Part shown: in pieces, positions 55,463 through 64,000 of the stretch
How the letters are laid out: each line of letters opens with the position of its first letter
Numbering within the stretch: position 1 is the stretch's first letter
Assembly: GCA_963768535.1 (NCBI GenBank)
Contig: CAVYID010000010.1
Span: 28,132 to 92,131, forward strand
DNA from: an uncultured beta proteobacterium
GTDB lineage: Bacteria; Pseudomonadota; Gammaproteobacteria; Burkholderiales; Casimicrobiaceae
Direction: 5' to 3'
DNA: 64,000 nt
Position numbers and translations under genes: made by a program
The notes under the pieces: model-generated
Databases searched by the model: none
Told to the model about the DNA's origin: nothing
The model's input: the letters and a program-made list of their open reading frames with translations, nothing else

Positions 55463-58400
55463 CTATCGACGCGGCGATTCCGGCAGCGCGGTCGCGGACA
55501 CCTCGCCCTCGCGCGTGACCACGGGATCGGACCAGCTGCCGGTCACGTCGTAGCCATAGCTGAACATCTGCTCGATCGGGTCGCTCAGCACCTTCTGCGC
55601 GAGCAGCGATCCGGCGCCCACCGCGGCGCCGACGAGTGGATTGGCGAACAGCAGCAGCATCGCCCCCGCCGAGACGCTGGACGAAAGCGCCGGCTGCACC
55701 CGCACGGTCAGGCGCTGCGTTTCCCGGGCGAGGTCGGCGCTGCCCGAAATGCTCACCTTCGCCGCCGGCCCCTCCAGCCGCAGATTATCGCTCATCAGCA
55801 CGCCGTTGCGGATCTGCACGTCGCCATTGATCTCGTCGAACGCGAAGCCGTCGGAGAAGACGTCGGTGAAGTCGAGCGTGATCCGGCGCGGCAGCGACTG
55901 CAGCGACAGCACGCCCAGCAGCTTGCCGATCCCCGGCTCGATCTTGGTGAATCGCCCGGGACCGACCTCGATCCGGAACGCGCCGGAGAGGGTCGGGTAG
56001 TCGAATTTGTTCGGGGCGCCGGCCCAGCCGAGCTGCCCCTTGATCGTGGTCGGCGCATTCTTCACCGCATCGGGATAGCCGACGCGCGACAGGAATCCGG
56101 CGGTGTCCTTCAACTCGACGTCGACGTCGAGCTGCGTCTGCTGGTCCGGGCCGGCAGAGCGCCACAGGCCCTCGGCCGCCACACGACCCCCGCTGTTGAC
56201 GAGCGTCATCCGGTCGATCCGCCAATCGGCGCGTTGCGGATGGGCGACGAATTCGAGCTGCCCGACGTCCCGGCCGCGCATGAAATAGCGGGCGGCGGCG
56301 ATGTCGATCGCGGGCCACGGGTTGGCCGCCCCGGCGGCCGGCTCGTCGGATCCGACGCTCGCCTCTTTCCATGGCTTCAGCTCCCCGGAATCCGGCGGAA
56401 CCAGCCGCGAAAGACGGGCCGACAGGCGTCCGTTCGGTGCGCCTGCGGAAGCCGCCGTCCATGTCGCGCTGCCGGCGAGCTCGCGCGCGTCGAGGTCGAG
56501 CCGCCAGTCGTGGTTCGACCGGCGGGCACCGACCTTGATCGCATGGAAGCGACGACCGAACGCTTCCAGCACGCCGACGTCGAGGTCGATGCCGTCGAGC
56601 GCGAGCTCGCCGTCGCCCCCCGCGCCCGGGGACGCGCGCCGCTGCAGCAGCAGCCAGTCGTCGAAATTGAACTGCGGCAACTCGCCGCGCACCCACACGC
56701 CGGGGCGCTCCGGGCGCGCGGACGGATCGGCCACGGCGGCGCTGCCCAGCAGCACCAGCGCACGGTCGACGGTGGTGCGCTCGCGCGCCCAGCTTGCGGT
56801 GCAGCAGCAGGCGGCCCACGTCGCCGTAGCGGATGGTCAGCGTGTCCTCGTCCGGCTGCGCCGGATCACCGCGACGCTCGATCTTGAGCGGAACCGCGTC
56901 GCCCGCGGGCTTGCCCAGCGGCGCCGGCAGATCGATGGCGCTGCCCTCCAGGCTGCTCTGCACCGTCCACGTCGAGCCCTCCCCCGTCATCGCGAGGTCC
57001 AGATTCCAGTCGAGCGTCCCCGACAGCGCATCGCCGTACGGCGGATCGAATTCGCGCCGCAGCGCCGCCGCCGTCGCGGCGCCGCTGCCGGTGACGCGGG
57101 TCCCGCCGGCGTCGGCGGCGATCGCGAACTGCGCCGGACCGCCCACCACGTTGACCGCCAGCGCGGGCGCGCGCACGCCGGACTCGGTGAACGTCAGCGT
57201 GCCGTTGACCTGCGACAGTCGCGGCAGGCCGGCGAAGCGCAGCTCGTTGTCGATGAACTGGAACTCGCCGGCGACCGTGTTGCCGCCCGGCGTGCCGAGC
57301 GGGATGCTGATCTTCAGGTCGAGTCGCCCGTCGCCGCTCACCTGCGCGTTTTCGGTCGCGTGTCCGATCCAGCCTGCGACCGGGCTTGCGTCGATGAAGC
57401 GCTGGAAGTCGACGGACGGACCGGCCGCCTTGCCGGCGATCACGAGCAACGGAAATTCCGCGCGCAGATCGCCGATCTCGGCATGGATTGCGCCCAAGGG
57501 CGCGTCGGCAACGCGGCCGCGCGCGGCCTCGATCGCCAGCCGCGTCCCGGCGAGGTCGACCTCGCCTTCGAGCTCCGACAAGGGCGGCCAGCCGGGCGCG
57601 TAATCGAGACCGACGCCGCGCGCCTTTCCGGTCACCGTGAACGTGCCGCCCTTGCCGTCGGCGAACGGAAACTGCGCCAGGTCTCCCGCCAGCCGGAGCC
57701 TGACGTCGGACGCGCTGCCGGCGGTCAGGCCGGTGCGCAGCCAGTCGCGCACGCCAGGCTCGACCGCACGCGGCAGGTAGCGGTGGATTCGCGTCACGTC
57801 GGCGCGCGTCAGGCGGGCATCGAGCTCGACCGCGCCCGGCCCCCTGGGCATCGTCCTGAAGGTTCCCGCGACGCTCCCGGCGGTGTCGCGATTGGCGAAC
57901 TCCAGCCGCTTGATGGCGATTGCGGTGCGCTCCGGGGTCCGCGTCCAGTTGACCGCGCCGGCAAGGCTGTCGAACGCGATGGGTCCGACGAAGACCCGCG
58001 GCAGCGTCAGCACCGCATTGCGACTCGCAATCGTCAGGTCGCCGGTCGTCTGGGTCATTTCCACGCGGCCGGTCAATCCCTCCACGCCCGGCATGCCGTC
58101 CTGCGCCGCGACCCCCAGGCCGCTGAATTCGCTCGCCGCGCTGAAGATCTCCGGCGTGTCGCCGCGTCCCTCCCACAGGAAGCGGCCGCGGGTCAGCGTC
58201 CCTTTCGGCGCGTACCGCGCGACGTCCGCGCGCACCCGCTCGGACAGCGGCAGACGCGCGAGCAGGTCGCGCAGCGGCCCGAGCTGCAGGCGATCGAACT
58301 CGACCAGTCCGGTGGCGGCGCCGCCGCCGGTCGCGCCGCGCAGCGTCACCTTGACGTCCGTCGGCTCCACGCGCTGCCCGTCGGCGGTCACGTAGGCGAG

Positions 58401-59399
58401 CGCGTGCGTCTGGAACTCGCGCCGCGGCGGGGCCTCGCGCCAGCTGCCGCGACCGGAGAGGCTGACGAGCGCGAGCTCGGGAAGATCGGCGCGGAGCTTC
58501 ATTTTCGCGTCAAGGAGCTCGACGTCGGCCACGGCCGCCGCGGGCTGCCCCTGCGCCAGGTCGAGCCAGAGCCGCAGCGCGCCGCTGCCGGTGGCGGTCG
58601 CCAACGGCAGCGGCACCCAGTCGGCCAGCGCCCCGATGTCCACGGCGTCGAGCCGGAGGTAAATCCTGCCGTTCGCCTGCCGCCAGGCGCCGGCCGGGCC
58701 CCGGCGGATGTCGCCGCGGACATCGATCGGCGCCGCCAGCGCCGCCGGCGGCGTGCCCCGCAGTCCGAACCGGTGGTGGCCGAAGCGGCTGTCAAGACGC
58801 AGCTGCACCTCTTCGACGACGAGCTGTGGCGCGTTGCGCAGGTCGTCGTTCCAGGTGATCACCGCATCGCGCACCTCGATGTGGGGCTGGCGCAGAATCC
58901 AGGCCGCGAGCGGCGCCTCGTCGCCGACGCGGGCCGGATCGACTTCCAGTCCGGCAGCGTGCAGGATGCCGGCCCGGTCGCGGCGGATCGCGACCCGCGG
59001 CCCGGCGAGCAGCAGGCTCTTCAGCCGCAGGTCGGCGAGCACCAGCGATGTCCACGCGACGACCATCTCCACCCGCGGCAGCGCGAGCAGCACGCCCGAT
59101 GCCGGCGTCGCGCCGCTGCGCACCCGCAAGCCGTGCACGACGATCTTGGGGTTCCAGCCGTCCCAGCCGGGTGTCAGCCGGTCGATCTCCACCGGCCGCT
59201 CGAGCTGCCGCGACAGCGCGGCGGCGACGTCGGCGCGATAGTCGTCCACGCGCGGGAAGGCGACGAAGCGCACCGCGAGCAGTGCCGTGCACAGCAGCGC
59301 CACCGCCACGACGATCGCAAGGCCGGCGGCGCTGGCGGCGCGCGCCACGACGGAACGCGGCGCGCGCCGGGCGCGAGGGGAAGCGCGCGGGGAAGGCAT
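55463..59399 (-). CDS. YhdP/AsmA2-family large inner-membrane-anchored protein; frame broken once
   Basis: About 1310 aa. N-terminal anchor AGLAIVVAVALLCTALLAV. Long beta-rich body. The conserved C-terminal region (FDYPTLSGAFRIEVGPGRFTKIEPGIGKLLGVLSLQSLPRRITLDFTDVFSDGFAFDEINGD) is in ORF 55463..56755. Extra base near 56786. Confidence 0.8.
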
Positions 59400-59494
59400 A
59401 ATGGACGGCGATTATCGCACCCTGACGGCGGTGGCCGGCCGGCCCGCGCGCTGCCCCGGTGCCGACCGACTCCGCCGAACCGGCACGACTTCCC

Positions 59495-62219
59495 ATGGCC
59501 TCCCCTGCCCCCCTCGCCTTCAGCCGCTACGCGACCGCGGCACTGGCCGCCCATCCCGCGGCCGCGGAGGCGCTGGCGGCGAGCATCGGCGCGCCGTACG
59601 ACTGGACCGCCGCGCAAGCCGATCTTGCCGCGCGCGTCGCGGCCGGCGACGCCGCCGAACTCGACGCAGCGCTGCGCCGGCTTCGCCGCGAGGTCCTGCT
59701 GCACACGCTCGCGCGCGATCTCGCCGGACGCGCGGACCTGATCGAAGTCTGCGCGGCGATGACGCGGCTGGCGGAGATTTCGCTTGGCGCGGCGCTGTCG
59801 CTGCACCACGCGGCGCTGGCCGCCGTCTGCGGCGAGCCGCTGGACGCCGACGGCGCCCCGCAGGCGCTGGTGATCATCGGCATGGGCAAGCTGGGCGGCG
59901 GCGAGCTCAACGTGTCCTCGGACATCGACCTCGTGTTCGCCTATCCCGACGACGGCGAGACCGCCGGCCCGCGCCCGCTCGCCAACCGCGAGTTCTTCGA
60001 CCGGCTGGGCCGGCGGGTGATCGGGGCGCTGGACGAGCGCACCGCCGACGGCTTCGTGTTCCGCGTCGACATGCGCCTGCGGCCCTACGGCGACAGCGGC
60101 CCGCTGACGGTGCCGTATTCCGCGCTCGAGCAGTACCTGGTGACGCAGGGGCGCGCCTGGGAGCGCTACGCCTGGCTCAAGGCGCGCAATCTCACCGGTG
60201 CGCGCCACCAGGAGATCGACGAGATCGTGACGCCGTTCGTCTACCGCAAGTACCTCGACTACGATGCCTACGAGGGCCTGCGCGACATCCACCGCCAGAT
60301 CCGCGCGCAGGGCCGGCGCCGCGATTACCAGCCGAACATCAAGCTCGGGCCGGGCGGCATTCGCGAGATCGAGTTCACCGTGCAGGCGCTGCAGCTGGTG
60401 CGCGGCGGACGCGAGCCGGCGCTGCGGGAGCGCGGGACGCTCCCGGCACTCGCGGCGCTCGCCGCCCGCGGCCTGCTGCCGGAATCGGCGGCGACGGGGC
60501 TGCGCGACGCCTACGTGTTCCTGCGCAACCTCGAGCACCGGCTGCAGTACCGCGACGATGCGCAGACGCAGACGCTGCCGGCCGCGGGTCCCGAGCGCGA
60601 CGCGCTGGCGCAGGCAATGGGCTTTCCCGACGTCGCGGCGTTTCGACGCGGCGCTCGGCGACCGGCGCGTCTTCGTCGAGGAGCAGTTCGCGGCGGTGTT
60701 CGGTCCGCCCGCGACGGACGCCGCCGCGCCGGGCGCGGGAATCGCCGCCGATGGCCTCGTCGAGCGGCTGGCCGCGGTCTGGCGCGGCGACGTCGGCCCG
60801 GAATCCGCGGTGGCCGCGCTCGGCGCCGCCGGCTTCGACGATCCCCCGGCCCTGGCGGCGACGCTGGAGCGCGTGCGCGCGAGCCCGCGCTACCTGCAGC
60901 TGCCGGTGCGCTCGCGCGGGCGCTTCGACGCGCTGCTGCCGCAACTGCTGGCCACCGCCGCCGCGGTGCCGATGCGCGGCGCCAGCGCGCAGGCGGTGTT
61001 CCTGCGCCTGCTCGACCTGCTCGAAGCCGTCAGCCGGAGAAGCGCCTACCTCGCGCTGCTGATCGAGCACCCGCCGCTGCTGCCGCGGCTGGCGCAGCTG
61101 ATGGGCCGTTCGGCCTGGGCCGCCGACTACCTGACCCGGCATCCGCTGCTGCTCGACGAACTGCTCGATGCGCGCGTGCTGCTCGCCGAGCCCGACTGGG
61201 GCGCCTGGCGGACCGAGCTCGCCGGCACGCTGGCCGCGCACGCCGGCGACCCCGAGCAGCAGATGGATGCGCTGCGCCACTTCAAGCACGCCCAGTCGTT
61301 CCGCCTGCTCGCGCAGGATCTCGCCGACCTGCTCACCGTCGAGCGTGTCGCCGATCACCTGTCGGCGCTGGCCGACACCATCGTCGCGGCGACCCTTGCG
61401 GAGATCTGGGCGCAGATCTCGGGGGCCGATGCCGCGCCACCGCGATTCGCGGTCGTCGGCTACGGCAGGCTGGGCGGCAAGGAACTGGGCTACCTCTCGG
61501 ACCTCGATCTCGTGTTCCTGTACGAGGACGACGACGAGCGCGCACCGGTGCGCTACGCCCGGCTCGCGCAGCGCATCGTCAGCTGGCTCACCACCACCAC
61601 CGCGGCGGGTCCGTTGTACGACATCGACCTGCGGCTGCGGCCCGACGGCGCGGCCGGCATGCTGGTCCTGCCCTTCGCCGCGTTCTGCCGCTACCAGCGC
61701 GACAAGGCCTGGACCTGGGAGCATCAGGCGCTGACCCGTGCGCGCTTCGTCGCCGGCGACCCGGCCATCGGCGCGGCGTTCGAGGCCGAGCGCGACGCGA
61801 TCCTCCGCCTGCCGCGCGAGCCCGCCGCGCTCGCCGCCGACGTCGTCGAGATGCGGCGCAAGATGCTGGCGGGGCACCCCAATCCGACGCCGCAGTTCGA
61901 TCTCAAGCACGATCCGGGCGGCATGGTCGACATCGAGTTCGCGGTCCAGTACCTGGTGCTGACGCACGCGCATGCCCACGCGCCGCTCACGCGCAACGCC
62001 GGCAACATCGCGCTGCTGGCGATGTGCGGGGAACTGGGCCTCGTGCCCGCGGCGATCGCGGCCGGCGCCGCCGACGCGTATCGCGACTACCGGCGAGCGC
62101 AGCACGAGATCCGGCTGACCGGCGCGCGGCACGCGCGCCTGCCGCCGGCATCGCAGGCCGCGCGGCGGGCGGTGGTCGCGGCGCTGTGGCGGCACGTGTT
62201 CGGCGCTCCGTGGGCATGA
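59495..62219 (+). CDS. glnE: bifunctional glutamine synthetase adenylyltransferase/adenylyl-removing enzyme; frame broken once
   Basis: Two nucleotidyltransferase modules (GMGKLGGGELNVSSDIDLVF...VDMRLRP and GYGRLGGKELGYLSDLDLVFLY...IDLRLRPDG). Extra base near 60644 (..FPDVAAF|DAALGDRRVF..). Confidence 0.9.
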
Positions 62220-62293
62220 TCGATGCGGGCGCCACGGTTCGAGCACGGGGGATCGGGTAAAATCGCATCCTTTGGCTGCGGGGAGACGACGCC

Positions 62294-63217
62294 ATGTCAA
62301 TGGCCGACCGTGATGGCTGGATCTGGTACGACGGCAAGATGGTGCCGTGGCGCGACGCCACGACCCATGTGCTGACGCACACGCTGCACTACGGCATGGG
62401 CGTGTTCGAGGGCGTCCGGGCGTACATGACGCCCGAGGGACCGGCGATCTTCCGGCTGCGCGACCACACCGACCGGCTGTTCCGGTCGGCGCACATCTTC
62501 GGGATGAAGATCCCGTACAGCAAGGACGAAATCGACGCGGCCCAGCTCGCGTGCGTGCGCGACAACAAGCTCGAGTCCTGCTACATCCGGCCGATCGCGT
62601 TCTACGGCTCGACGGCGATGGGCGTGGCGGCGAAATCGAACCCGGTCCGGGTGGCCATCGCAGCGTGGCCCTGGGGCGCGTACCTCGGCGCCGAGGGCCT
62701 CGAAAAGGGCATCCGGGTGAAGACCTCGTCGTTCACCCGTCACCACGTGAACATCACCATGACCGGCGCCAAGGCCTGCGCGAACTACCTGAACTCGATC
62801 CTCGCCAACCAGGAGGCGACGCACGACGGCTACGACGAGGCGCTGCTGCTCGACGCGCAGGGCTACGTGTCGGAAGGCTCGGGCGAGAACGTCTTCCTCG
62901 TGATCAACGGCGAGCTGCACACGCCCGACGTCGGCTCCGGCGCGCTCAAGGGCATCACCCGCGACACCGTGATGACGCTCGCGCGCGAACAGGGGCTCGC
63001 GATCCACGAGCGGCGGGTCCTGCGCGACGAGGTCTATTGCGCCGACGAGGCGTTCTTCACCGGGACCGCGGCCGAGGTCACGCCGATCCGCGAGCTCGAC
63101 AACCGGGAGATCGGCGCGGGGCGGCGCGGACCGATCACGGCACAGCTGCAGGCGGTGTATTTCGACACCGTCAACGGGCGCAACCCGTCGAAGGCGGCCT
63201 GGCTCGCCAAGGTCTGA
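62294..63217 (+). CDS. ilvE: branched-chain amino acid aminotransferase
   Basis: Intact 307 aa. HTLHYGMGVFEGVRAY, GAKACANYLNSILA, EGSGENVFLV, FFTGTAAEVTPIRE. Confidence 0.93.
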   Translation: MSMADRDGWIWYDGKMVPWRDATTHVLTHTLHYGMGVFEGVRAYMTPEGPAIFRLRDHTDRLFRSAHIFGMKIPYSKDEIDAAQLACVRDNKLESCYIRPIAFYGSTAMGVAAKSNPVRVAIAAWPWGAYLGAEGLEKGIRVKTSSFTRHHVNITMTGAKACANYLNSILANQEATHDGYDEALLLDAQGYVSEGSGENVFLVINGELHTPDVGSGALKGITRDTVMTLAREQGLAIHERRVLRDEVYCADEAFFTGTAAEVTPIRELDNREIGAGRRGPITAQLQAVYFDTVNGRNPSKAAWLAKV

Positions 63218-63219
63218 GG

Positions 63220-63420
63220 ATGGCCGACGCGAAGGAAGCCGCTGCCGTCGAGGTCGACGCGAAGGACCTGCCGGTGCATTGCCCCAATCCGGCGATGCCG
63301 CTGTGGTCGTCGCACCCGCGCGTCTTTCTCGACATCGCGGAGACGGGCAGCGCGATGTGCCCGTATTGCGGCACGCACTATCGGCTGCGCGGCGGGCCGC
63401 GCCGCGGCGGCCACCACTGA
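63220..63420 (+). CDS. zinc-finger (zf-CHCC-like) small protein
   Basis: MADAKEAAAVEVDAKDLPVHCPNPAMPLWSSHPRVFLDIAETGSAMCPYCGTHYRL. 66 aa. The ATG lies 3 nt after the ilvE stop. Confidence 0.7.
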   Translation: MADAKEAAAVEVDAKDLPVHCPNPAMPLWSSHPRVFLDIAETGSAMCPYCGTHYRLRGGPRRGGHH

Positions 63421-63496
63421 GCCTCCCGGCGGGACGCACCGGCGGCAGCCGGGCGGCGCTGCCGCGCCCACTGGTTCCCTCTCCCGTGCCACGACC

Positions 63497-64000
63497 ATGA
63501 GCGAGCGAATCCTGATCGTCGCGCCGTCGTGGGTCGGCGATGCGATCCTCTCCGAACCGCTGATCGCGAGGCTCTCCGAGTCGTACGCGAATTCCGCGAT
63601 CGACGTGCTGGCGCCGCCGTGGTGCGCGCCGGTCTACGCACGGATGCGCGGCGTTCGCGAAGTCATCACGAATCCGTTCGGCCACGGCCGGCTCGCGTTG
63701 CGCGCGCGCGCCGCGCTCGCGCGCACGCTGCGCGCGCGCCCGCCGCAGGAGCGCTACACGCGTGCGGTCGTGCTGCCCAACTCGTGGAAATCGGCGCTGG
63801 TGCCCTGGCTCGCCGCGATTCCCGTCCGCACCGGCTATCGCGGCGAATCGCGCTGGGGCCTGCTGACCGACCTGCGGCACCTCCCGCGGCGCGCGCCGCC
63901 GCGTCTCGTCGACCGCTTTGTCGCGCTGGCGGAAGATGCCGGCGCGCCGCCGTCGGCGACGGCGTCGATCCCGGTGCTCGTTCCCGACGCGGCCAATCGC
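63497..64000 (+). CDS. waaF: ADP-heptose:LPS heptosyltransferase II, N-terminal part (runs off the right edge)
   Basis: MSERILIVAPSWVGDAILSEPLIARL...IDVLAPPWCAPVYARM...VVLPNSWKSALVPWLAAIPVRTGYRGESRWGLLTD matches the RfaF N-terminal pattern. Absent from the ORF track because there is no stop in the window. Confidence 0.85.
   Translation, partial: MSERILIVAPSWVGDAILSEPLIARLSESYANSAIDVLAPPWCAPVYARMRGVREVITNPFGHGRLALRARAALARTLRARPPQERYTRAVVLPNSWKSALVPWLAAIPVRTGYRGESRWGLLTDLRHLPRRAPPRLVDRFVALAEDAGAPPSATASIPVLVPDAANR

Noticed and set aside
56301-62300. Long ORFs 56301..59741 (+), 59174..60538 (-) and 60375..62300 (-), antisense to the yhdP-like gene and glnE
   Set aside because: Antisense GC artefacts. 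The sense-strand genes carry diagnostic motifs.

Overview
High-GC (roughly 68-70%) proteobacterial chromosome segment. The gene order looks betaproteobacterial or Burkholderiales-like, but that is inference from synteny only. Three parts can be distinguished. (1) 1-4.5 kb is core: an FAD-linked oxidase, PhaM, an M61 peptidase, a thioesterase and an iron permease. (2) About 4.6-21.5 kb is a decayed, nested mobile-DNA mosaic. It is bounded by a tRNA 3'-half-like fragment with an integrase N-terminal stub on the left, and by an integrase C-terminal stub with tRNA-Arg(ACG) on the right. Inside are a lipoprotein hydrolase, a truncated GlgC-like gene, aspA, a 2.3-kb IS with perfect 17-bp inverted repeats (IRs), a GntR regulator, a 3.4-kb Mu/Tn552-superfamily (TniA/TniB-like) transposon that truncates an acyl-CoA ligase gene, and an IS21-family element with a 4-bp target-site duplication (TSD). 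(3) 21.5-64 kb is core again. It starts with an unusual, tightly coupled three-gene cassette: a 167-aa unknown protein, an M64-type Zn-peptidase with a duplicated C-terminal module, and a membrane-anchored two-HKD PLD protein. This is the best candidate for an undescribed system. It is followed by a cpdA-like gene, tRNA-Ser, lysC, fabF-acpP-fabG-fabD-fabH-plsX-rpmF-yceD, maf, an amidase with a TRAP transporter, recR-ybaB-dnaX-ffs, mltF, serS-rarA-lolA, ftsK, trxB, smr, a nitrilase-family gene, a yhdP-like gene, glnE, ilvE and waaF. Many essential genes are split over two or more reading frames, about 44 breaks in total. All of them can be explained by extra bases (+1, +2, or +14 in dnaX), and almost all lie right of about 25.5 kb. 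This pattern points to a technical sequence-quality problem rather than gene decay. A REP-like inverted-repeat family occurs three times in intergenic positions. No CRISPR array or rRNA was seen.
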